Source: the human T2T-CHM13v2.0 reference genome, Homo sapiens
DNA length: 64,000 bases
Direction: 5' to 3' (one strand)
Assembly (NCBI RefSeq): GCF_009914755.1
Contig: NC_060928.1
A program made the translations under genes and the position numbers. The notes below the pieces were generated by a model that worked only from the letters and a program-made list of their open reading frames with translations, had not been told where the DNA came from and did no database searches. How positions within the stretch are numbered: the stretch's first letter is position 1; each line of letters opens with the position of its first letter. Of the stretch, positions 50,291-61,700 are shown piece after piece.

Positions 50291-51581
50291 CATCTGGTAC
50301 TTCGGGCTTTGAGATCATTTCTAACAGAGGAGGAGGATCTGGTGACAAGGTGGAGAGAGCCATCACTGAAGGGGTGGAACTACAGTGTTCACTGATGGGA
50401 GTGTAGGGCACTCAGTGGTACTGGGGCCTCAGGAAGTACATAATGTGGATATCACAGAGTTGGATTCTGGGGGCCAAGAGTCTCATTTTGTTCTGCTTGT
50501 CTGCCATGATCATTATAGCTTTGTCCTACTTCTGAGGCATCTATCCCTTGTGGTGCTGAGATGCGACTTTGCATGAAAAAGTGGACGAAGAGGATGAGGA
50601 TGCGGCCCAGGGCAGCCTAATGACTGGAATGTAACCACCAAGACACTCCATTCCATGGAAGTAGGAGCTCCATGCCCACAAAAGCAGTGAGATGACCAAT
50701 GGAACAGTTGGGAATGGATAACAAAAAATACGGAGCTCTATCCACAGATGACCTGTTACTTTGATCCTATTTCCCTACATAGTCCAAGGATCTAAAATGA
50801 GACCTATCTTATCTGCCAAATCTTCCTTACGTGTCATGAGTTGTTCCAAGGTGACTGTTGTGGAAGATAATGACAACCCACACCCCTGAGTACAGTGGAG
50901 GTTTAGGAGGTTTGGATCTCCACGTTTAAGTACTGCCAAGTGTGTCCTCCTGTGTTTCATTGCTACGTATCTCACTGTGTTAGAAATGGGATCGAAGATA
51001 CTTTTTCACACTTGCTTGTGAAAGAGATGCCTTTCTCCTTGAGCTGGTAAGAAGGGTATGTATCTAATTTCAGGTTATTAATGTAACTTTTTGGTGATGG
51101 GTATCCATTCTCCCTTCTGACATTTTCCTGAGTTCCTCTGACTTGAGGGAGCCTAGCCAATGTCATGCTACTTCCTCTCATAGAAGCTTTGCCAGCTTCT
51201 GTGGGGTCTGAGCCGCATCACATGGGGTAGTGCTGGATACAACCTTGATCAGTTTGACTCTTACCTGTCAGACATTCCTGTTTGTGTCCCTATTGAGTTC
51301 ATTTTCATGCCAGAGTTTGGGATGATCCAGGTGAGGTTTCTTGCTCTACCTATGGGCTCTGATGGAGATACTCCATTTTATCTGCAGGGAGGTTCCAGTG
51401 GGTGTGAATGACATGGGCAATACTTACTGTGGGCCTGGCTCCCGGCAGTCGTCTTTCCCCACTGGCTCCCATATCCACAGTATTGTCAAGTGTTCAGTGT
51501 TCTCTGTAAAGTCTTTGAGTAGCTGAGGTTAAGGACTTAGCAACATAAATGCTGTGAGTAGATGTGACCCATTGGTAGTTC

Positions 51582-52058
51582 TAAAACTACCCAAGGGGTT
51601 CACCTTGCCTGCTGCCAGACAGGGGAATTGCAATAGAGAAAAAGTAATTCAAACAGCAGACTGTGAGGGAGACTGGAATTCTATTACTCAAATCGGTCTC
51701 CCCAAGCATGAGGGGAGCAGAGTTTTTAAGGATAACTTGGTGGATGGGGGGGAAGCCAGTGAGCCAGAAGTGCTGATTGGTCAGAGAAGAAATCATAGGG
51801 AGCCAAAGCTGTCATCTTGTGCTGAGTCAGTTCCTGGGTAGGGGCCACAAGATCAGATGAGCCAGTTTATTGATCTGGGTGGTGCCAGCTGATCCATCAA
51901 GTACAGGGTCTGCAAAATATCTCAAGTACTGTTCTTAGGAGCAGTTTAGGGAGGGTCAGAATCCTTGTAGCCTCCAAGACCGCTTGCATTTCAGAAGCAA
52001 GATGGAGTCAGTTAAGTTAGATCTTTCACTGTGTCATAACTTTGCAAAGGCGGTTTCA
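51582..52058 (-). mobile_element. LTR8 solo LTR
   Basis: Minus-strand start TGAAACCGCCTTTGCAAA; CCCAAGGGGTTCACCTTGCCTGCTGCC; 4-bp TSD GTTC. Confidence 0.88.
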
Positions 52059-52290
52059 GTTCCAATGTAACAGAGGAAGCCTTTCCCCTCTACTGACTTT
52101 AGGTTGTCTCTCTATGGTACACTAAGGACAGGGTTGGTGCTCAGTTTCTATAGTTATTGAGCACTGGGACCCATGAGTAGTGAGGTGACCTCTGCCTGTC
52201 CTGGACAATCCCATGGGTTGACATGGTGCCAGAATTGGGCCCGTGTACACTTTCTGATACTTCTCCCTAGAGGTTACTGTGTAGTATAAC

Positions 52291-52971
52291 TGTTCCTCGA
52301 ACAAGCTGGGTCTGGCTGCATGTCTTCATGACCCAATAATGAGAGGCAGACAAGGGAATTTATTGCTGTAACTGGGTACAGGAGAAGGTTGGAGATAGTT
52401 TCACTAGACCAACTCAAAGTGTTAACATTTTCTCAGTGCTTACATAGGTTGGGGTTATGTGCCTACGTGGGGTATTGCATTCGCCTAAGTCTATAGGTAA
52501 CAAATTGTTTTACCTAGGTCAGAGGCCAAAAAAGTCTCCAAATCGAATCAATTTAAGAGGGCCTCAGTACCATCAAAGCCTGTATCCTAAATTTTAATTA
52601 TTGAAGGTTGTGGTACTGAAGTGATCCTTTCTATCTTATTTATGATTTCATCCAGAGATCTGCCTTAGACTCTCCAATAAATCTATTCACACAGCTGCCT
52701 CTGTTACCTTGATTCCTCTGATTTCATTGACCTGAGGGTGGGTCCTGGCAGAAAGAATATAAAGCTGTCTCCATTATCTTGACTTGCTTCAGGTTTGGCA
52801 GAAGCCTGAGTAAGATGTATGTTTCAGTTCTGGCTTTGATGTCTGGGTATCAACTTCCCTGGCTTTAATTATCAGTTTAATGCTAAGGCAGTGCTGTGGA
52901 AATTCATCTGTGTAGCTGGGGTGCCATGTGGACCTGTCTATGTGACTGTGAGGGAGAATTGGCCTGCCACA
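52291..52971 (-). mobile_element. ERV1-class solo LTR (same family as 47574-48287)
   Basis: TGTTCC..AAGCTGGG..GAATTTATTGCTGTAACTGG..GGAGAATTGGCCTGCCACA. Confidence 0.78.
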
Positions 52972-53178
52972 TGATGATTCAGGCTGTAATTGTAACTGCA
53001 GCCGTTTTAGAGCATTAATCTGTCATAAGATTAGAGTTCTCACCCCTCTGAATCTTTTTATATTAGAATTGATCTCCACTTCAACCACTCCGACAATGAG
53101 ACACTTAACCTTTTTATATTTATCAAACTACTAGAAAGTATCCTCAAAACATTTACCACTATGATACAACTTTGTCAC

Positions 53179-53675
53179 TGTTAAACAATATTCAGTGGTA
53201 CGCATTAGTGTGCACAAGGAGGACGTTAGTAGGACCACCATGATGGATGCTGGGACTAGTGCAGGGTGTCTCATGGGGAGAGATCAGGTTCAACTTTGAA
53301 CGCAGCACGTGCCAGTGGGAACTTACAGCTGAGAAGCAATGTGGGGTCAATGGATGAAAAATTACCAATAGGAATCCTCGGAGGTAAAAGGTATTCAGGC
53401 TTCACAGATCCAAAAGCATTGCTAAAGACCAGCCAGAAAAATGAGACATCATTTGAGGGGGATGGGAGAAGATGAGGAACATGAACAGATACCAACTCTG
53501 GGGACTTCCTGCTGAAGGAACTTAGTTCTTTGCTAAAACAATATAATAAACTACACAGAAGGTTCAGAAGCTTGACTCCAGTTTGGTCAATCCCAAGGAT
53601 CTTGATCACTACCCATAACTTCACTGTTAGGTTTTTTTGAAGGGATATTGGCAGCATTACCCCCTTCTCATACAT
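53179..53675. mobile_element. Probable LTR remnant, family unassigned
   Basis: TG start; GGGGAGAGATCAGGTTCAACT..GGGGTCAATGGATGAAAAATTAC resembles old ERV LTRs. Confidence 0.45.
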
Positions 53676-53677
53676 AA

Positions 53678-54101
53678 CTGCTACCAAAACACCAGGGGTT
53701 TGGTCTAGGTCCTGCTGCTTGCAGCACAGAAATCGAATCATTAAGACAGTATTGCCAAGGAAGGCAGATTTATTCAGATGCTACAGCTGAGGAGATAGGA
53801 GATAAATCTCAAATTCATCTCCCTGACTAAAACTAGGTTTATATAGCAATGACGAAATGTAACTGGGTAAAACAGGAACTTGAGAGAAGTAAGGAAGCAC
53901 TCATGGCTAATTAGGGCGGCTGCATATCTCATTGTCGGGATACAGGGATCCGGTAACTTTCAGTTCCTTGATACTACTTGAAGCTTGAGGCGTCTCTTCA
54001 TGAGGAAGGAATCTCAGATAAATGTAACTTTCAAGCTTTAAGGCCGGAAGGGTCAATTTATATGTTGGCTCAAACTCAATGGGACTATTGGGTCTGTTTG
54101 A
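53678..54101 (-). mobile_element. MER57-like (MER4-group) LTR
   Basis: TGCTACCAAAACACCAGGGGTTTGGTCTAGGTCCTGCTGCTTGCAGCACAGAAA. Confidence 0.65.
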
Positions 54102-54799
54102 GAACCTCGACTAGATGAGATGTGGAGAACTTTCTTTAGATTTGCCTTGGTGCCTTAAGCAGCTGTATGTTTCTAGAAGTCCTCCTGATTCAGAGATAGC
54201 TTTTGTTGGCTCCACTTTACCTTCAACCCACCCAAGGTAGAAAATCAGGAGAAGGTACATTACCTGTTAGCTGAAGGCAGTTTGGGGAAGAGACCAGCTC
54301 CTTTTAAATAAGCATAGCAGTCCCTCACTGAAGCTGAACTCGTTGTAACCCTTACCCCCAGAACATTGCAGACTAGCATTCAGAAATGTATTCATTATCC
54401 CTCCTTGGATTTGAGCTGCCTCTTAAATTAAACACCTATTAAACTGCATAGGGATGCCTGATCCCTAAGCAGGGATATACAAGTTCATGCATAAAGTCTG
54501 CATTGATATCTAAACTTAGTGGGGGCTGCAGAAGACTCTTCCTGGACTTACCTCAAAGGGTCATGTCTTTATTCAAGTTGAATGATGAAGAATCATCTGT
54601 GTGCTCTTTCACTTGGCTACAGTCATGCAATTTTATTCTGCCCCATAGGTTAGTTAAGTGGAATTGATGAGTGATCTCCAGGTTTATGCTCTTAAAAAGG
54701 AGGTAACTTTTCTTCCCTCTGTCATCCTGATGGGACCAACAGCCCCCCGCCGAACTATCTGGGAATGTTAGAACAAAAGGGGAGGAGTATGACTTTAAG

Positions 54800-55910
54800 G
54801 TTTTTCTTTAAATTACTTCAAGTTTTGGGGTACATGTGCAGAAAGTGTAGGTTTGTTACATAGGTATACACATGCCATGGTGGTTTGCTGCACCCATCAA
54901 CCCATCTACATGAGGTGTTTCTCCTAATGCTATCCCTCCCCTAGCCCCCCACCCCACAACAGACCCCAGTGTGTGATGTTCCCTTCCCTGTATCCATGTG
55001 TTCTTTGTTCAACTCCCACTTATGAGTGAGAACATGCAGTGTTTGTTTTTCTGTTCTTGTGTTTGTTTGCTGAGAATGACGGTTTCAGCTTCATCCGTGT
55101 CCCTGCAAAGGACACGAACTCATGTTTTTACAGCTGCATAGTATTCCATGATGTATATGTGCCACATTTTCTTTAGCCTATCATTGATGGACTTTTGGGT
55201 TGGTTCCAAGTCTTTGCTACTGTGAACAGTGCTGCGATAAACGTACGTGTGCATGTGTCTTTATAGAATGATTTATAATCCTTTGGGTATATACCCAGTA
55301 ATGGGATTGCTGGGTCAAATGGTATTCCCGGTTCTAGATCCTTGAGGAATTGCTACACTGTCTTCTGCAATGGTTGAACTAATTTATACTCCCACCAACA
55401 GTATAAAAGCGTTCCTATTTCTCCACATCCTCGCCAGCATCTGTTGTCTCTTGACTTTTTAATGATGGCCACTCTAACTGGTGTGAGATGGTATTTCATT
55501 GTGGTTTTGATTTGCATTTCTCTAATGACCCAGTGATGAGCTTTTTTTTTCATGTTTGTTGGCTGCATAAATGTCTTTTGAGAAGTGTTCACATCCTTTG
55601 CCCACTTTTTGATGGGGTTGTTTTTCTTGTAAACTTAAGTTCTTTGTGGATTCTGGATATTATCTCTTTGTCAGATGAATAGATTGCAAAAATTTTCCCC
55701 CATTCTGTATGTTTCCTGTTCACTCTGATGGTAGTTTCTTTTGCTGTGCAGAAGCTCTTTAGTTTAATTAGATCCCACTTGTCAATTTGGGCATTTGTTG
55801 CCATTGCTTTTGGTGTTTTAGTCATGCAGTCTTTGCCCATGCCTATGTCCTTAATGGTATTGCCTAGGATTCCTTAAACAAAAATTAACTCAAGATGGAT
55901 GAAAGACTTT
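54800..55910 (-). mobile_element. 5'-truncated L1PA (L1PA7/8-like) with short 5' inversion
   Basis: ORF2 end [35 protein letters not shown]. 55880-55909 AAAAATTAACTCAAGATGGATGAAAGACTT is sense-strand upstream L1 sequence. Confidence 0.92.
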
Positions 55911-56916
55911 GATTCTTGATGGCTCGTTCTATAAGCATCCAGTGGCATGACACATCCAGCAAAGGGATACTTCTCCGTTCATTGCCCTGATCTACCAATG
56001 AAGGAAGAAAATGGTCCTGGAATTGAAAAGGGGGTAGGTAACTTGGGTCTGTAACTCCCTAGATGGAAGCCATCTCAGTGGGTATGCATGATAGTCCACC
56101 TAGAGTACAATCCACATGTGCTCAGTTGGAGTTCTTAGACATCTACCACCCAGAAGGAAAGGAAGGTGACTCAGCCTTACCTGCAAGGGAGGTTTCTAGA
56201 CTTCCATAGATGAGACATTAGGGGGCATCTGATCTTTCCTGTGATGCTGAAGTTCTCATATCTTTTAACTAAGATCTAGCCACTGAGCCAAGTTTCTTAG
56301 AAGGCATATCTTTTTCTTACCATAAATGATAGGAAGTGTCAAGGCAAAGTGTGGTGGGACAAGATGATGTCCCTTTGCTACATTGAGTGGAATATACGCA
56401 GAGGTTTTAATGTTCCCCTTGTGCATGAATATCTCAATTTCTGCATTTTTGGGTAGAAAGATGTTTATTTCATACAGATGAAATATGATTTCCACGTTAT
56501 TACATATGATACTTGTGTTAAACTTTGGGTTTGTGAAAAGATGTTACAAAAACCATAAAGTGATGCTCCTGTGATGCTTAGAAGTGAATTGGTTTCTGAT
56601 AGACAATGGAGGAGTTCAGAGAACCACTCTGATGATAGAAAATGGCATCACTCCATATATCATGTGTTTCTGAGGGTGGGCCTTAGTCTTAGTAACAACC
56701 TGTGGTAGCAGTTTGATATCACTAAGTACTCATGGACTAACGGATAAGCACAGACTGACTAGAAAGTCTCAATACTAAGCAATGAGGTGTCTGCTGCACT
56801 AGTGATCCTTTAATCCACGAAATACTGGAGCCTCTTCTCCCTGGGACATGCTATGAAGATGTAGGTGCTTGACAAAGAGCCCAATTTATGGAGGGGATTT
56901 CAGCTGTTCACTCTGA

Positions 56917-56982
56917 GTTTCTTTTGCTGTGTGGAAGCTCTTTAGTTTAGATCCCATTTGTCAATTTGGGCATTTGTTGCCA
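56917..56982 (-). mobile_element. Isolated L1 ORF2 fragment of about 65 bp
   Basis: GTTTCTTTTGCTGTGTGGAAGCTCTTTAGTTTAGATCCCATTTGTCAATTTGGGCATTTGTTGCCA nearly matches 55734-55803. Confidence 0.85.
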
Positions 56983-56999
56983 AATTGTTAAACTGGTGT

Positions 57000-58300
57000 T
57001 AAACATGGGTCAACTGGTGCCAAGCCTGGACCAGCCATGCAAGCAGCTCCTCCAGGAACTTCAACCTGTAAGTTGTCTCTGGCCCTCCATGAGCCAGAGG
57101 TGTCCTGGAGGGGTTATGCGTGTACATGCGGTATTGCATTGGCAGGAGCTACAGCCTGCCCTTTTGCAGCTCCTAGCTATAAGGATGAAGAACTGGATGA
57201 TCAAAGGGATGTGGCTGGAGAATCTGGTTCCTGCCCCCCTGGTGGTAGGGGATCAGATGCTGAAGATTTTAGCCATGGGGGAGAGTGTCCCCTTTGCATT
57301 GCTTCGGATGTGCAGGATGATGATACCATTGCCTGTCATAGGCTAACCTCTGAGCATCCATGTTGGAGACTGAATTTGCTGTTGGCTGAACTCCCTGTTC
57401 TTGCAGGCCGCCTGCACTGAGTCCTGTACTCAACCCACCCTCTGACCTTCAATTCTGTCAGACTTGAGTTACTTGTGCATGAAGAGAGCTGAAAACAAAA
57501 CCCCTCCTGTATGACTAGACCAGGAGGAGCTGCTTTGAGTAACCCCTGCTTACTGTGGGTATAGAAGGCTAAAAAGCACTGAGGAAATGTGATTTATTCT
57601 TAGTAGACCCCACAGGAGGAGGAGACCACTCCCTAATTGTCTGAGAAGTGATGTATCCTCAATATTAACTGTGTAACCTGTATCCTCATGGAGCTTGTCA
57701 CTCTTCCCCTTGGATTGTTAGATCTTGAACTCTCCTAAATCACCTTTCCACCTGTAAGGATCTAGTAGTTCCTCATAGTGACAGTTAAGTCTGTTCTGGC
57801 AGTTTCTCAGAGGTTGGTAGAGCTCCTTGGAAACACACCCAGAGGTGGTGATGAACTGAATAATGAAAGCATGGTGCTGGATTCTTCTTTTATTTTGATG
57901 CCTTGGGGGTACCACCCATGGTTCTTGCCCTATAGAAGACCTGCTGGCAGCACTCATCATGGCCACACAGCACCACCTCTGGGCAAGAAGGGCTCAGTCT
58001 CCAATGCAGAGCAGGATTCTGAAATCCTAGCCTTTGCCACGGTTCGGAGTGCAGAACCTGCCAGGTGCCTCTGGGCACAGGTGTGAGCCCCAGAGCTCTT
58101 CTATGAGATGGAAGCAGGTGCTGATCTTGTGCTTTCCAGGTCTGAGCCCCTTGACACTGGTACTTCCCCACTTGCTTAATTTGAGGAGGTCATTAAGAGC
58201 CAATAGGGTAGAGAATGTTCAGAGCTGTTTGTCAGGAAGAGTGTGCTGTCACTCTGTCTCATGTGGGAGTGATGTTGACCTGCAGCTCATGAACAGCCCC
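57000..58300 (-). pseudogene. MARK/SMOK-like kinase pseudogene
   Basis: CAQRHLAG ~ IVHRDLKA; VLCGHD ~ TFCGSP; GLL*GKNHG ~ ELFQGKKYD; AFIIQFITTSGC ~ KYRIPFYMSTDC; QNRLNCHYEELLDPY ~ KDRWMNVGHEDDELKPY; GYTVNIEDTSL ~ GYTREEIQDSL. Confidence 0.6.
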
Positions 58301-58739
58301 AGTGCTCCACTGTGAGTTGTGGAAAAGCAATAAATGTGTCCAGTTCTGAGTCGATTGCATTGCTTGTGCATATGATCGGTGTATATTTATCTGAATTAGT
58401 GGTAAAACCAGAATATTTTTGGGAAACGTTTTTAATTGCATAGAGAAAAATTCTGAATATTCTATACATTCTGCTTAAGTTGCAATCTTGAGTATTCCAT
58501 GGCATTTCTCACTACACATTTGAAACATAAACTCAACACTCTTTAACATCTCTAAGTTGTGATGCTAAGTAGAGAAGCCACTATTCACTACTTTTTTCCA
58601 TGATTAGAATTACACAGACTAGGAGACCCAACATTTGAAATACAAAGTAAACCTCTATCACCTAGTCTGTTTTTCTAAATGTAAAACCTGAGAAATCTTG
58701 AAATGGGCACTAATTTCCTCTTGCTGCTATAACCAGTGG

Positions 58740-61700
58740 TTATGTGATATTTTTACCCACACTTGGATTTGTTTTGAACACTTCTAGTTTATCTCCCTGT
58801 GTATTATGTTCTAGAAGACTGGAGTTGTCAGTCCTGAGAAGGAATGGCGGAGAGGAGACTGCATTCCTATAATGTAAGGGTAGAAGAGTTGCATGATTCA
58901 GACTGAGAAAGTTGATTGCCCTACGGGTCAGTAAGCTAGGGACATAAGTTCTATACACTAAGTTACGAGGTTCAGGCAAAGTGACATCCAGCCTTCAGGA
59001 TCTTGTTCCCTGACTCTACTGCTGTGAGTGGTCAATGGGATGTCCTGCTGTACTTGGGAAGAAAATCTAGTGCTCCTTTGCAGAGAACCGTGCACAGTTT
59101 CTGGTGCCTGTCGGTGTGTAGAGAACATCTTCTAGTCTATAACACAATATACTGTGTGGCTTGTTTTCCCCCCAACCATTTTTGAAAGTGACTCTCCAAT
59201 GGGATGTGTTCCCTCTCCCCATCTTAGGTTTTAAGGACGACCTGAATCTTGACCTCAACTAGTTGCACAACTAAGTAGTTACTGCCAGTGATGAGCCTCA
59301 TTTTGTTTTCCATTTTGATGTAGCTGCTCTGCCCCTCTGGTTATAGATGCGCTGTTCTGTGTCGAAAAGAACTGACACCATACCGATGTCTCATGAAGAT
59401 CACTCCCCTCAATAGGACATGGAAGATTTTGTTGATAGTCCAGGTGGCTGGCCCTAATGGCTGGATGCTCTAGAATTCCTTCCTGTCAGAGACATCTTGT
59501 GATACCACCACCCACCCTGCCTCCCAAACTGAACGAAAAATAACATAGATGAAAAGAGGAGTCTTTTTAGAAGGCCGTATTTGTGAAGAGAACTGTTCTG
59601 TCTTCACGCATACAGCAAACCCCCACTAAAGTGAAAAATGAATGGTGTATTAGTTCATTTTCACACTGCTATAAAGAAATGCCTGAGAATGGATAATTTA
59701 TAAAAGAAAGATTAATTACAGTTCAGCATGGCTGGGGAGGCCTCAGGAAACTTAGAATCATGGTGGAAGGAGAAGCAAAGAACCACCTTCACCTGGTGGC
59801 AGGAGAGAGAAGCATGAGGAGAGAAGGGGAAGAGTCTCTTAAAAAACCATCAGATCTCATGAGAACTCATTATCGGGAGAATAGCATGAGGGAAACCACC
59901 CCCATGATCCAATCGCCTCCCAGCAAGTCTTGCCCTCAACACCTGGGGATTAAAATTCAAGATGAGATTTTGGTGGAGACACAGCCAAACCATATCATGT
60001 GGTACATTTTTGAAATCATAGCAGAGTAGTCTAAGTGAATCCTTAAAATTCAGCCATGACTGCAAGAAGAATGATGGGTGGGTGCTGTCCTAAGATGCCT
60101 CTTTGCTCATCTGGCCTCTACTGCCTTGTACAGGGGAGAGGGTGAAGAGGGTCACTGACCTGTGAAGTGGGCAGCAGAGAAGAAGCCAGTATTTCTGAAT
60201 TTTCCACTAACGGGGTCACACTTCCTTGTAGGTTAATTCAATTAAATAAGATGTGTCTGCTATATTGGATAAGCTATGGCCACATTACTTCTTGATGAAG
60301 TATATGCAGAAGTCACGTCTGACCTTTCAGGGTCGTGCCTTTAAATGGGTGAGGCTTCCCCTCCCTGTTAATTTTATAAGGTGTAAGCTTAAGTTAAAAT
60401 TGACCTTCACGATCTTGTTCCAGATGTACTGCTTATGACTGCTCAACTTAAATACTTTTGTACACTGAAGATGAAGAGTGAATTGTCTTTTGTAGGAAAC
60501 TCTGTACGTTTCCTGGTTCATGTCAGTGGGTAGAGGTCATCCTCTATTTTGAAAAGTTAATTTCTGCTGGAACCGTTTTTCCAGAGCATAACTCCAATGA
60601 GACTTCTTATCTTCCTCCATCTTAGATTGTTGGAGGATCTGAACCTTGATCCCTAGTAGGGGGGAAATTGACCATCTGTCTAGCAACACCAGAGTGGAAT
60701 GAATGCTGAGGTCTTAGTTTTCTTTCTGTAAATATTTTAATATCATTTAATACACTGACACTAATGAGTAATAGTCTTCACTGTCTTACTGTTTTGGGAA
60801 AAGACCTAAACTTCTCACTCCTCCAAAAGACTAAATTGCTCATGTGCAGGTGATACTGACAGCTTGTACAATTTTGAAAGGACCATAGCTGGTGTTTAAA
60901 AAAAAATGGTAACTTTAATTCTGCCTTCTATATTTCAACTTCAGCTTCATGGATTATAGTGACCCATGAGAACTCCTTCCCCTTGGGGTCTTCTGAGGCC
61001 TGAATCAGAAGGAAATGAGATGTATTTGAAATCATCTGTGTGGCCTTGTAGATCTAATCAGAGGTGTGGGGTTGAACTGGACACTGCCCTGACCCACCAA
61101 GGCTTCCAAGGCTGTCTCCCATGCCCACAGAAGTCTATGTGGGTTTTCTGCTTCTCATTCTGTGAACCTGTGTAGTAGGTTGCCCTTTAGCTTGTGTGTC
61201 TCGTGGTCTTATTGTGTTGAAATGAGTTCATTCCTGTCAAAGTATTTCAGGTTGTCCAGGGAGGTTTTGTACCTTGCTGATGCTCTGGAAGAAATTTCTG
61301 CTTCAATTTGCCCTGCAAATATCCATAAGACGATTTAGGTGAATTTAGGCCATGCAGGTTTTCTTCCCATAGCTTTCACACACTGGGTTCTCAGATGTGG
61401 ACTTTGTAGTCTGCTCTCCACATTTCTGTGAGTGTGCTGAGCTTCAAATCACTGATGAGCTGGACTCGGGAATATGGAGAAAGGGAGAGGCTATGCTGCT
61501 GTGTAGAAGCTCAAAACTACTCCAGAGGGGTTTTAGGGCTCTTATTCATGTATCTCAATGGACTGAGATTGGTCCTAATCCATGGCTTCCCAAACCCATT
61601 GTACCTGCTCTAGACCTTGCCTTGATCCATCAATATTTAGTTACAAGGGCCTCTCTTCTATACTCTGGGTGGGTCAGCAGCTTTGTAGAGGCAGCTTTGA

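Larger units (their letters stand above)
50350..56900 (-). pseudogene. Diverged GON4L-like pseudogene, middle/PAH part, interrupted by four LTRs and an L1PA
   Basis: QLKEKGISFTSKCEKV ~ REQKDLAFAQAYLTRV (ORF 50972..51181). TLEQLMTRKEDLADKIGLILDP ~ [22 protein letters not shown] (ORF 50775..50975). ALTLPII..RNLAQWL ~ VLSVPEL..EKLTWL (ORF 56265..56495). Linker pieces not recognised. Confidence 0.5.

Noticed and set aside
47574-52971. Two same-family, co-oriented LTRs as the ends of one provirus
   Set aside because: The interval holds host pseudogene sequence and other LTRs, with no PBS or gag/pol; the first LTR is nested inside a MER41-like LTR.
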